This document shows positions 9,283 to 18,255 of a stretch of DNA of 64,000 nt, in pieces. Made by a program: the position numbers and the translations under genes. Positions within the stretch are counted from its first letter, which is position 1. Every line of letters begins with the position of its first letter. The DNA is from a virus: positions 1 to 64,000 of the IMG/VR virus record IMGVR_UViG_3300042934_000547; one strand, given 5' to 3'. Below the pieces are notes generated by a model. It ran no database searches. It was not told where the DNA came from and worked only from the letters and a program-made list of their open reading frames with translations.

Positions 9283-9645
9283 TTAATTTTTAAGTTCCAT
9301 TAAAGTTAGAGTATCAGAAGAATCTTCTTTTTTAAATAAATACGTCTTTTTATTGACAGTAATACCAAAGTACAAAGCATGATCTTTATAAACAACTTCA
9401 ACATTTGTATTCAATAATTCAGGAAGATAAGTTTGAATTTGTTTACTGATTTCTTCTTCTAATTCTTGTGTGCCGTCCATTAATGTATAACGACGTTTAG
9501 TGATTCCAATCCCCATTAACGGATGATAGATATTTTCCCCCGGATTTAGTATAATTAACCTAACTATTAAAATTGCTTTGGCGTAATCATCTTCATATCG
9601 GAGAGGTTTATTAAATTCATTTATAGACAAACTTGACTCTTTCAC
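9283..9645 (-). CDS. baseplate wedge protein, GPW/gp25-like
   Basis: ILIVRLIILNPGENIYHPLMGIG fits the gp25 family core (IL.T..GER.m.P.fG), followed by an EEEISKQIQTYLPE helix. GTG start behind a GAGGG RBS. Confidence 0.5.
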   Translation of the reverse strand: MKESSLSINEFNKPLRYEDDYAKAILIVRLIILNPGENIYHPLMGIGITKRRYTLMDGTQELEEEISKQIQTYLPELLNTNVEVVYKDHALYFGITVNKKTYLFKKEDSSDTLTLMELKN

Positions 9646-9760
9646 ATGCTTCAGCCCTCACTTCTATGTATTTTATTTAAATTTATTATATCGTTTTAGA
9701 TATTTAAATATTAATATTAAGTTTTTGACATATAAGTAATTGTATATAGGAGGAATGAAT

Positions 9761-12202
9761 ATGTATATTCTAAACGAAAGAATGCGAAACGCCCGTAAAG
9801 GTCGTAGATTTAAATGTAAATACTGTAATGAGAGTTTAGAAATAGCTGATTTGATAATTCATATAGATGAGGAACATGATGATTTAATTCCAAAGGATAT
9901 GACTGCTGCACAGGTAGTATATAATACGGTGAACAAACGAGACCGAGGTTCTTGTTTGATATGTAAAAGGGAAACCAAATGGGATGAAGAAAAATGGAGA
10001 TACGATTCATTATGTGGAAGACAGAAATGTTATGATGAATATATAGCTAGATTTAGGTCTAATATGAAACGTACTGGTAAAGATGATCAAATGAATAATC
10101 CGGAACATCAAAAGAAAATGCTCGAAGGACGCAAAATATCGGGTACTTATAAATTCGCCGATGGTGGTGTTAAATCCTATGTTGCTACTTATGAAAAACA
10201 GCTATTAGAGTTTTTAGATAAAGTATGTAATATAAATTCAAAAGATTTAGAAACTCCCGGACCTACGATTGATTATAATTACAAGGGTGAGAAGAAGTTC
10301 TGGATTACCGATTTATATTATACTCCATTTAATCTGGTATTTGACGTTAAACCGGGTGGTGATAATAAGAATACGCATCCTGATATGGAAGAAAACCGTC
10401 AAAAACAAAAAGCAAAACAAGACCAAATTATTAAAGACGGTGTATATAATTATATTGAATTAACTGATAATAATTTTGCTCAGCTATTCACTATTCTTAA
10501 AGAGATTAAACTCAATATGTTTGACAATATAAATGATAAGGTCATTAAGATATATGAGGATACTCAAATGGGTTTAAAATATTTGATTCCGTATTCAGAT
10601 AATGGATATATAATTACTGGATATGCTGCTAGTAATAGTATATTGATGGAAGATCTATTCATTGAAGAGAATGGAAAGATGATAAGAAAAGATAAATCTT
10701 TTCTGGAAGATAAATCTTACACAATATATAAAGGTGATTTATATGACGGAACCACATCTACTATATTAGAAGCATTTGGGATTGAATTACCATCTGATAT
10801 AAATTATCTACAAAAGATTTATGATAATAACGGGAAATATGATTTATCTGATATTCTTAAACACGAAGAATTTAAGAATAAGAATACAAACCAGATAGAA
10901 TCATTAGTTGAATCAGCATTACTGAATGAAGTAAATACTAAAGAGGAAATGACAATAACTAATGATTACCCAGACAATGATGAACCAATAAATGAGTCAT
11001 ATATATTTAATCAGAAAGATTTATATATTAATTTTGATAAATTTGAATCTGGTCAATCTAATATGGTATTTATTACAGGATTATCTGGTGGAGGTAAATC
11101 AACTCTAGCTACTAAATTGGCAAGTAAATATAATGCAGAAGTTATAGAGTTAGATATATTCGAGCATAATGCTGGATATACCGATGAAAACCTCAATCAA
11201 GCAGGTGACGTATTTGTAGAATATTTCTTGAATAAACGCAAAGATTTGAGAGTGCCTATTAAAAAATTAGCTAATATGGATTCAAAAACATTTCGTATGG
11301 AATTCGAGAAATTCTTCAATTTTGTAATAGAATATTGTAAGAAAAATAAAGACAGGAAATTTATAATAGAAGGGGTTCAGATATACAGTAGGGACTTAAA
11401 ACAAATCAAAGGAAATCCAATAATATTGGTTAATACATCAGTAAAAACTTCATTACTTCAACGTTTTAAACGTAATGATTTTGATGGTAATAAAATTGAT
11501 TGGAAAGCTGAATTAAAAAATGAATTTCCTCAATTAATTTCTTGGTATATAGATAATGAGCATGAATACAGTAGATTTAAAAAAGAATTATTAGCAGAGG
11601 ATGTTGGACATGAAAATTTTAGCACCTTGTATTATCTCAGTGCTGAAAAGTTGGATGATGATGAATTAATTGTTCACCCATCGAATCATCCTCCTATATA
11701 TATTCATAAAAATACTTATAGTGCCCAGAAAAAGATTTTAACTTCTACTAGTGTTGAGAAACTATTGAGATTGGTACCTACTAACTTTAAAAACAGAATA
11801 TTTCATATTTATGAACCTTTCTATTATCCTGATATCATATATGAAATACCATCTTCAAATCAATATGAAGATGTGCAACTGACTGATGTTGTATGGATAA
11901 CTAACGATTGTAAAATGAGCTATGTTGGTGCGATACTGCTCAAGGAACCAGATTTATCAGAACCTATGGCAAGTTCGGATCATAAGGTTGGAGTATTATA
12001 TGACTGGAATTGGTCATGGGAAAATAAACCTAATACTTCAGATTTAACCAATACAATCGTAGAAAATACTAATATACTCGATTCAATCAGAAAGAATGTC
12101 AATACCATTCCTCCAGTTCGTTTATCAGAATCAGAGGAAATTAATACTTATCAAGGTTTACTGGAGGATTTTACTCAATACTCTAACATATTTATTGAAT
12201 AA
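9761..12202 (+). CDS. multidomain protein: Zn fingers + PD-(D/E)xK-like segment + P-loop kinase/NTPase domain
   Basis: Zn-finger candidates CKYCNES..HIDEEHD and CLICKRE..CGRQKC. YEKQLLEFLD...ITDLYY...FDVKPGG resembles a restriction-endonuclease-fold core. Walker A is ITGLSGGGKSTLATKL. The best start is ATG 9761 behind AGGAGG; the track TTG at 9740 is unlikely. Confidence 0.6.
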   Translation: MYILNERMRNARKGRRFKCKYCNESLEIADLIIHIDEEHDDLIPKDMTAAQVVYNTVNKRDRGSCLICKRETKWDEEKWRYDSLCGRQKCYDEYIARFRSNMKRTGKDDQMNNPEHQKKMLEGRKISGTYKFADGGVKSYVATYEKQLLEFLDKVCNINSKDLETPGPTIDYNYKGEKKFWITDLYYTPFNLVFDVKPGGDNKNTHPDMEENRQKQKAKQDQIIKDGVYNYIELTDNNFAQLFTILKEIKLNMFDNINDKVIKIYEDTQMGLKYLIPYSDNGYIITGYAASNSILMEDLFIEENGKMIRKDKSFLEDKSYTIYKGDLYDGTTSTILEAFGIELPSDINYLQKIYDNNGKYDLSDILKHEEFKNKNTNQIESLVESALLNEVNTKEEMTITNDYPDNDEPINESYIFNQKDLYINFDKFESGQSNMVFITGLSGGGKSTLATKLASKYNAEVIELDIFEHNAGYTDENLNQAGDVFVEYFLNKRKDLRVPIKKLANMDSKTFRMEFEKFFNFVIEYCKKNKDRKFIIEGVQIYSRDLKQIKGNPIILVNTSVKTSLLQRFKRNDFDGNKIDWKAELKNEFPQLISWYIDNEHEYSRFKKELLAEDVGHENFSTLYYLSAEKLDDDELIVHPSNHPPIYIHKNTYSAQKKILTSTSVEKLLRLVPTNFKNRIFHIYEPFYYPDIIYEIPSSNQYEDVQLTDVVWITNDCKMSYVGAILLKEPDLSEPMASSDHKVGVLYDWNWSWENKPNTSDLTNTIVENTNILDSIRKNVNTIPPVRLSESEEINTYQGLLEDFTQYSNIFIE

Positions 12203-12605
12203 TTTTTCACAAACGCATCTAACCATATAATAAGCATTCTAATAATCTATTATTAGGAGAGCTATTATATCACTATATGCTCTAACTTGTATATTATACA
12301 CTTGTACTGAGTGAGTATGTTTGTTTAATATAAAATCCATCAATTAAATCAAGCTAAGCTCAACGATAAATGATTTCTTAGGACTTTGATTATTGATATT
12401 TTTGTGTTACAAACCGTTGTAGTATACTTATGATAGTACACAAACAATTAACGCACTAGCCAATTTATCCCCCGATAAGATTTAACTATTTGAAGTTAAG
12501 TGCGTTAATTATTTTGGCAATAAGAAACTGACACCTCCGTTTCTTTTAATATAAATTGACTCCTTTTGGTTAAGACTCATTTGTTTTTAATTCTATTTGC
12601 CTCCC

Positions 12606-12629
12606 GGGAGTGGATTAATTTCCACTCCC
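12606..12629 (+). terminator. intrinsic terminator (+ strand)
   Basis: GGGAGTGGA-ttaatt-TCCACTCCC followed by ACCTTTTTTC. Confidence 0.7.
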
Positions 12630-12661
12630 ACCTTTTTTCAAAAAAAAAATAAAGTATGGAA

Positions 12662-13279
12662 TTAACCATGCTTTATGATATTATCAATAAGTGATTCACG
12701 AGATTTCATAAATTCATCAAGAGTGTTATAATCTTTCCAAAGAAACGATAAATCATTATATGATCTAGTTAATAATTTATTTATCCGTCCCTTTATCAGA
12801 TAATCAGGTTTATTAAATGTATCTAATGTAAATTTCTCTAAACAGTAGCTAATCAATCCTATATTATTTACGATTATACAACTTATGAAATGCTCAGGGT
12901 TAACTCTAAATGCCTTGGTCTGTTTAACAATTTCGAATAACCTTTTAGTATTCATAGTATACAACATACCCCCGATGATATATGGGGCTACATATTCACC
13001 AATTTCCCTATTATATGATTCACTATCAATATCAATTAATTCATATAATGATTTATAGAATTTGCTGTCATAGAGTTCTATCATGTCAAAAGTTGTTATA
13101 TTTGAATCTGCATATAATAGGTTTTCAAATAGGTCCTTCACACTTCTTAAATCATTGGTTACTTTAAATCGGTCTAACCAATCTGCTATATTATCGAGAG
13201 TCTTCCAGTATTCACCCATCTTAATTCCATAGCCTAGTTTAGCATTTATGAATTGAATTTTACCAGTACATTTTTTCAT
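12662..13279 (-). CDS. hypothetical protein (205 aa)
   Basis: ORF with GAGGAGG RBS. Its start overlaps the upstream stop (TAATG). Confidence 0.65.
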   Translation of the reverse strand: MKKCTGKIQFINAKLGYGIKMGEYWKTLDNIADWLDRFKVTNDLRSVKDLFENLLYADSNITTFDMIELYDSKFYKSLYELIDIDSESYNREIGEYVAPYIIGGMLYTMNTKRLFEIVKQTKAFRVNPEHFISCIIVNNIGLISYCLEKFTLDTFNKPDYLIKGRINKLLTRSYNDLSFLWKDYNTLDEFMKSRESLIDNIIKHG

Positions 13280-13614
13280 TATAATGCCTCCTCATCCTGA
13301 AATAGTATTTGTGAACGTTTATGTATTGATTCAATATATCCCAGTTCATTGATTACTACAACGTTTTTATTGTTATGAACGAAATAGAATGCATCTTCAC
13401 GTTTTTCAAGACATATATCACACTCATTCGATGATTCGAAAGTTTCAATCACAACACATTCGTCGTATTTTGGGGAGAAGATATCTATTTCCGAACACGC
13501 ATCCCGTCGTGTAATTTTTAATATCCTCCATTTATCATTATAATAAACTACTAAACAATCTTCATCATTGGTGATTGGAAATTTGATTAATGTATTCCTA
13601 AATAATGTTCCCAT
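13279..13614 (-). CDS. hypothetical protein (111 aa)
   Basis: GGGAGGTG RBS. Operon packing. Confidence 0.6.
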   Translation of the reverse strand: MGTLFRNTLIKFPITNDEDCLVVYYNDKWRILKITRRDACSEIDIFSPKYDECVVIETFESSNECDICLEKREDAFYFVHNNKNVVVINELGYIESIHKRSQILFQDEEAL

Positions 13615-13626
13615 TATTACACCTCC

Positions 13627-13935
13627 CTAATTCCATATAATATATGTGATAATATTACCGTATTTGTCAATTGATAATACCTGTGTATTATCTTTCCTGA
13701 ATTTAAATGAATCTTCATCTTCGGTAATCACAATTCCAGATTCAGATTGTTGATTAATCTGCTTAATCTTTTTATTTTCATCGTATTCGAAAGTTATAGT
13801 ATTTATAACACTACTATTTTTATTATGTATAATTTTAACAACTGTTCCTAGTTCATTGCTTAGATATTCTACGAGAAAATCTTCAGATTTATTTACACGT
13901 ACAACTATTCCATATACAGTTCTCGCATATTTCAT
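13627..13935 (-). CDS. hypothetical protein with YD-like repeat remnants
   Basis: FEYDENKKIKQI and DKYGNIITY resemble the YD repeats of the neighbouring gene. Confidence 0.55.
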   Translation of the reverse strand: MKYARTVYGIVVRVNKSEDFLVEYLSNELGTVVKIIHNKNSSVINTITFEYDENKKIKQINQQSESGIVITEDEDSFKFRKDNTQVLSIDKYGNIITYIIWN

Positions 13936-13953
13936 CTCTAATCATCCTTTCTA

Positions 13954-14520
13954 TTATCTATTCCACCATTGGTCAACTTCGTTTGAATCATCTCCAGTTT
14001 CTTCCTGACATATATTTTCATTACTATTATAGATAGTCTCTATTTGTTTTAATGAACCCATATTATCATAAAGATAATTATTTCTTTTACCATTTGAATA
14101 GTTAACATGAATCAAATTATCTTTATCATCATATTCCATCATTTCTTCATAATTGTTTGAAGTTTTTATTCTGATTAGATTATTTCGTTCGTCGTAACTG
14201 TAATTTACTTCAAATCCTTCCTCATCCCTATAATGAACCAATCTACCTTCTTCATCATATGAACTCCACTGTTGATGGTTATCTGTGTCTTTATAATAAG
14301 TGATATTATTATCCTTATTATATTCATGCCATGATTGGAATCCATTGGAATTTTTAGTATGAATTAGATTACCTTTATCGTCATACTCTTTCCACATCTC
14401 GATTCCATTTAAAAACTTGACATATACTTCCTTTCCAAAATCGTCATATCTGCGTATAGGTAGTAATTCACCTGCGATATATTTTCGTTTGCTATCAAAT
14501 AATTCCAATACTCTACTCAT
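13954..14520 (-). CDS. stand-alone RHS/YD-repeat protein (188 aa)
   Basis: About 20-aa periodic repeats: WKEYDDKGNLIH / WHEYNKDNNITY / WSSYDEEGRLVH / YSYDERNNLIR / MEYDDKDNLIH / YLYDNMGSLKQ, matching the YxYDxxGxL pattern. TAGGAGG RBS. Confidence 0.7.
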   Translation of the reverse strand: MSRVLELFDSKRKYIAGELLPIRRYDDFGKEVYVKFLNGIEMWKEYDDKGNLIHTKNSNGFQSWHEYNKDNNITYYKDTDNHQQWSSYDEEGRLVHYRDEEGFEVNYSYDERNNLIRIKTSNNYEEMMEYDDKDNLIHVNYSNGKRNNYLYDNMGSLKQIETIYNSNENICQEETGDDSNEVDQWWNR

Positions 14521-14546
14521 ATTTATAACCTCCTATGCCTTATTAT

Positions 14547-14567
14547 TCAGTTATATAATATATACTT
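14547..14567 (-). promoter_or_regulatory. phage promoter-like motif (copy 2)
   Basis: Gene-strand AAGTATATATTATATAACTGA. It lies 27 nt upstream of ATG 14520 and immediately downstream of the RNR terminator. Confidence 0.55.
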
Positions 14568-14580
14568 AAAATAAAAAATA

Positions 14581-14606
14581 AAGAGTAGGAAATTATTCCT
14601 ACTCTT
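14581..14606 (-). terminator. intrinsic terminator after RNR gene
   Basis: AAGAGTAGGA-aattat-TCCTACTCTT, followed on the minus strand by TATTTTTTATTTT. Confidence 0.8.
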
Positions 14607-14656
14607 ATAAATCATAATCCATTAATACTATTAATTTTCCCACAGTTACATCCTAG

Positions 14657-17011
14657 TTATTTTATAGGACAAATTCCAGCATCGCAACCATCAGTTCCTA
14701 TATCTAACTCTGTTTCATAAGTTTCATATTTAGAAAGAAGTGATGTTGAGAATGGTCGCATTTCGGATATACGTTTATTATATTCTTCTTCAGTAATAGC
14801 TTCATATGGCATTAATTGGTAGAAAGTATCATCTAAAGATAAGAATGTCAATGCAACACAAATATCCCAATTATCCCATACCCACTGTTCAACACCTTCC
14901 CACTCATTTTCTCTTACGTGAACTGTTATTGAACAGTTATGGTCTACATAATGTGCCATAAACATTTTATAGTTCTCTAATTGTTGGATAGCAGATACAT
15001 CATATTTAGTAACCCCTTCAGGAGCTTTACATGGAAATTCTAAAACTACTGTACTAGCTGTCTCCATAACTTGTCCAACTTCTGGGAATATTGAATAATT
15101 CAATTCCTTGCACACCTTTACTATAGGATCATGAGCATTAATACGAACTCTTCTTATATAGTAAGGGGCATGAGCGTAATGAACACCACTAGATACGGTA
15201 GGTAATTGAGATAATGTACCTTCTGGTTTAACTGTAGTTACTAATAGTGGAACATTTTCTCCTATCTGTTTAGCATATTTTTCAGACTCATCATGAGCAA
15301 TATTACGCATATTATATAACAATGCAGCCTCTTGTGAACTATTGATTTTGGTAGCATTGACCATATCCTGCCATCCAGTTAATGAGCATCCAAGGAGCTT
15401 ATCACGTTGTTGTACGTTATTCCATTCATTTAATTCTAATTCGATGCAAGTCATTCGATACGCAGCTCTTGCTGAAAGTTTCTGAGCTTCATATAAAGCT
15501 TCTGTATCAATTTCTCCAGTTGGAGTAACAAATGCCATAGTATTAAGAGTTGTAAGATTACACAAACCTTTGCTATCTAATAAGATTTCACCACATGGGT
15601 TTACACCATTCATGTTAGGTCTACGTTTAGATGCAGCCTCAGCATTCACCCAGCCCGGTTCTCCAGAAAATCTCATCTGTTCTATATGCCAATGTAATTG
15701 TTCTCTAGTAGGTCTTTGTTTATAATATATAGAGTTATTACTCATTGAACGATGGATTATCTCTTTATTTGGAACCCATTTACCATTTTCTTGGATATAT
15801 AGGTTCTTCTTAGCATTAATACAATCATGGTCATCAGAGTCTATTAACACTACTTCACTAGTACGTCTTACTCCACCAACAACTACATTTTCTCCAATTA
15901 TATTAACAATATCCATACAATCGATTGGTTTTAATTTGATTTTTGAACCCATGATCGATTGTTTTTGGATTACGTTAAGTATCTTAGTAAACATATTTTT
16001 TATTGAACCGTGACCACTAGCTGTACCGCCAAATGTTTTTAATGGTTCACCTTTAGGACGTACGTTGTTATAGTTGACAATTATCGTGTTAACTTCCTTG
16101 TAACTTGGATTGGCAACTAATTCAAAGAAGAAATTTAATGATTCAACCCAACCTTCTTTACTATCACCTATTGTTATAGTGGCAGTATCATTGTGAGCAA
16201 AAGTTAAACTTGTATTATTTTCTCGTTTACTCTTTGCTAGAGGTGAATAATCTTCATTGATTAATTTGAAATTAGTTCTAACTTTCGGTAATTTAGCAAC
16301 ATCATCTTTTAATATTCTTACACCAACACCAGCTCCGACCATGAGTAGATAAAATAAGTCCCCAAACGCATCAAAATTATCTATAATCTCAAACGCACAG
16401 TTAAAATTTCCAGAAGGGAAACTATATGCTACTTTAGTACCACCAACCCAGAATGTTCTACCTGATAAAAACTGTCTTAGATTGAATATATTGTCATATA
16501 ATTTTTCAGCTTCTTCTTTACCTGTTGGTGCTAATGAGCAGTTATATTCAACAGCCCTTCTAACGGTTTCCCACCAATATTCTCTTCTATTTTCTTCTGG
16601 TAAATATCTTGAATATGTACGTAGATAAACGAACTTACCTAATTCTGTCATAGGTGGTTCTATGTGTTTATATTTACTGATAAATTCATCAGATAACAAT
16701 CCCGATTTTTCTTCTTTTTTAGTATTACGTTTTTTATCTCTTTCATACCTGTAAACTATGTAAGTCTTAGCAGCATCTCTACGATCACTTGCCATCAATA
16801 AGTCTTCTACTAAATCTTGAATATTATCGACTTCTAATGCAAATGACAACGATTCGGCATGTTCATGTATCTTTGTTGTTATAGAATTGATAAGGTCTTC
16901 ATTTATACCTGCTGGTGTTTCTTTCATAGCATTTCTGATGGCATTTTTAATTTTGTCATCTTCAAAGGTAACAGTGTTACCATTACGCTTTATAATCTGT
17001 AAGTTGCTCAT
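14657..17011 (-). CDS. nrdJ: class II (adenosylcobalamin-dependent, RTPR-type) ribonucleotide reductase with N-terminal ATP-cone
   Basis: IIKRNGNTVTFEDDKIKNAI matches an ATP-cone. Other motifs are LSGRTFWVGG, the NPCGEILL active-site Cys, and TVKPEGTLSQL. The C-terminal CDAGICPIK matches the Lactobacillus leichmannii RTPR tail CEGGACPIK. Confidence 0.9.
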   Translation of the reverse strand: MSNLQIIKRNGNTVTFEDDKIKNAIRNAMKETPAGINEDLINSITTKIHEHAESLSFALEVDNIQDLVEDLLMASDRRDAAKTYIVYRYERDKKRNTKKEEKSGLLSDEFISKYKHIEPPMTELGKFVYLRTYSRYLPEENRREYWWETVRRAVEYNCSLAPTGKEEAEKLYDNIFNLRQFLSGRTFWVGGTKVAYSFPSGNFNCAFEIIDNFDAFGDLFYLLMVGAGVGVRILKDDVAKLPKVRTNFKLINEDYSPLAKSKRENNTSLTFAHNDTATITIGDSKEGWVESLNFFFELVANPSYKEVNTIIVNYNNVRPKGEPLKTFGGTASGHGSIKNMFTKILNVIQKQSIMGSKIKLKPIDCMDIVNIIGENVVVGGVRRTSEVVLIDSDDHDCINAKKNLYIQENGKWVPNKEIIHRSMSNNSIYYKQRPTREQLHWHIEQMRFSGEPGWVNAEAASKRRPNMNGVNPCGEILLDSKGLCNLTTLNTMAFVTPTGEIDTEALYEAQKLSARAAYRMTCIELELNEWNNVQQRDKLLGCSLTGWQDMVNATKINSSQEAALLYNMRNIAHDESEKYAKQIGENVPLLVTTVKPEGTLSQLPTVSSGVHYAHAPYYIRRVRINAHDPIVKVCKELNYSIFPEVGQVMETASTVVLEFPCKAPEGVTKYDVSAIQQLENYKMFMAHYVDHNCSITVHVRENEWEGVEQWVWDNWDICVALTFLSLDDTFYQLMPYEAITEEEYNKRISEMRPFSTSLLSKYETYETELDIGTDGCDAGICPIK

Positions 17012-17081
17012 ATTTACCTCTCATTTTATGTATTTTTATTCATCTATTATATTGTTCTACCGGAGTTAAAAACAAAAAAAA

Positions 17082-17107
17082 AATAAAGGAAAATATTTTC
17101 CTTTATT
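17082..17107 (-). terminator. intrinsic terminator
   Basis: AATAAAGGAAAA-ta-TTTTCCTTTATT, followed on the minus strand by a long T-run. Confidence 0.7.
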
Positions 17108-17109
17108 GA

Positions 17110-17322
17110 TTATTTAGCAAGACATGCGAAGTACTTTGCGTGAATAATAGCTAATGCCTCTTCTTTATTCTTACCTATAAATTCACTTTCAGAAAAACTT
17201 ATTTCATCTGAGAAGTAATTAAATAATGATTCCTTAATATTGTTAATAGTGATGAAGATTTCATCTGAGTCTTTCCATGTAGCTCCCTTTATTATTTCGC
17301 AATCTGTAATCTTATCATCCAT
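17110..17322 (-). CDS. hypothetical protein (70 aa)
   Basis: AGGGGGA RBS. It has its own promoter motif and terminator. Confidence 0.6.
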   Translation of the reverse strand: MDDKITDCEIIKGATWKDSDEIFITINNIKESLFNYFSDEISFSESEFIGKNKEEALAIIHAKYFACLAK

Positions 17323-17381
17323 TTTATATCCCCCTAGATATTTTTATGAAAAGGTTTATTTATTACATTTATTTTTCCTTA

Positions 17382-17402
17382 TCATATCTATAATATATAT
17401 TT
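17382..17402 (-). promoter_or_regulatory. phage promoter-like motif (copy 3)
   Basis: Gene-strand AAATATATATTATAGATATGA, identical to copy 5. Confidence 0.55.
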
Positions 17403-17433
17403 GAGGAAATTGACTTTTACAATAAAAAAAAAG

Positions 17434-17455
17434 AAGAGAGAAATTAATCTCTCTT
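17434..17455 (-). terminator. intrinsic terminator
   Basis: AAGAGAGA-aattaa-TCTCTCTT, followed on the minus strand by CTTTTTTTTTT. Confidence 0.7.
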
Positions 17456-17598
17456 AATTTAAAAATTGTATTATTTGTTTTGAGCACTTCTTTGTGCTGC
17501 GGCTGTAGCAAGACCCATACGTTCTATTACCGCTCTACTATACATTTACGGTTAAACCATTTATATTTATGTAGCATGAATTACATAATTATTTATGA

Positions 17599-18252
17599 TT
17601 AGAGTATCCCTCTATTATAAGTTTTCAATTCCCTATTACAGATTGGGCAACGGTTTATATCAATGCTGTCTGACCAGTCACTGACACTCGTTCCGTCAGA
17701 TATTTTAACTAAACCATGTTGAATATCTAGTTGTGCTTTATACTCGGGATAGTTATCCATATCCATTCGTAGACGTGCAAACAGTTCATAGTCTTCACCG
17801 TTTATAGTGGTTTTTATGCGGTGTTCTAATACACAATTTGTTTCACTACAGAAAGTACATTCTTTCATCCATTCATCTAACGTACCAGTAATTAAATTAT
17901 ACATCGGTTCGATTTCATTCTGAATATTTGACATGATCTTTTGTTCAATTCTAAACTCATCATTCTTAGAAAAATATACACCCTGACTGCGTCTATTATT
18001 AATTTCCTGATGTATTTCATCTCGAATACCTTGGTAAAGTTTACTTTCATCACATTCAGATTCAGGTGACTTTATGTTTACTTTATTTTCTGGTTGTTGT
18101 TTAGGTGCATCGGGTATTACAATGTCATTAAAATGACCGGGTTTATAATTTGTTCGTTTTATTATCAATATCGGGTCTGAGTCTAATGGTAATATTGACG
18201 GTATCATAAAACTACCACCACGGTTTCTATTAACTTTTTTATCACGTCTCAT
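17599..18252 (-). CDS. hypothetical protein with CxxC pairs (CTFCSE..C, CPICNRE)
   Basis: 217-aa ORF in operon packing. Confidence 0.6.
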   Translation of the reverse strand: MRRDKKVNRNRGGSFMIPSILPLDSDPILIIKRTNYKPGHFNDIVIPDAPKQQPENKVNIKSPESECDESKLYQGIRDEIHQEINNRRSQGVYFSKNDEFRIEQKIMSNIQNEIEPMYNLITGTLDEWMKECTFCSETNCVLEHRIKTTINGEDYELFARLRMDMDNYPEYKAQLDIQHGLVKISDGTSVSDWSDSIDINRCPICNRELKTYNRGIL

Positions 18253-18255
18253 TTG

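Noticed and set aside
9725-9760. A sigma-70-like TTGACA box upstream of the 9761 gene, and the track TTG start at 9740.
   Set aside because: No acceptable -10 hexamer sits 16-18 nt downstream of TTGACA; TATATA is only 12 nt away. TTG 9740 precedes the AGGAGG RBS instead of following it, and ATG 9761 fits better.
17471-17545. A 24-codon minus-strand ORF (MYSRAVIERMGLATAAAQRSAQNK) in a locally GC-richer patch with small nested stems (GCAC-aaagaa-GTGC, GCGG...CCGC), between gene 17599-18252 and terminator 17434-17455.
   Set aside because: There is no SD-like sequence before the ATG. It is too short to evaluate. The stems are only 4-5 bp. It may be part of a 3' UTR, so there is not enough evidence for either a peptide or an ncRNA.
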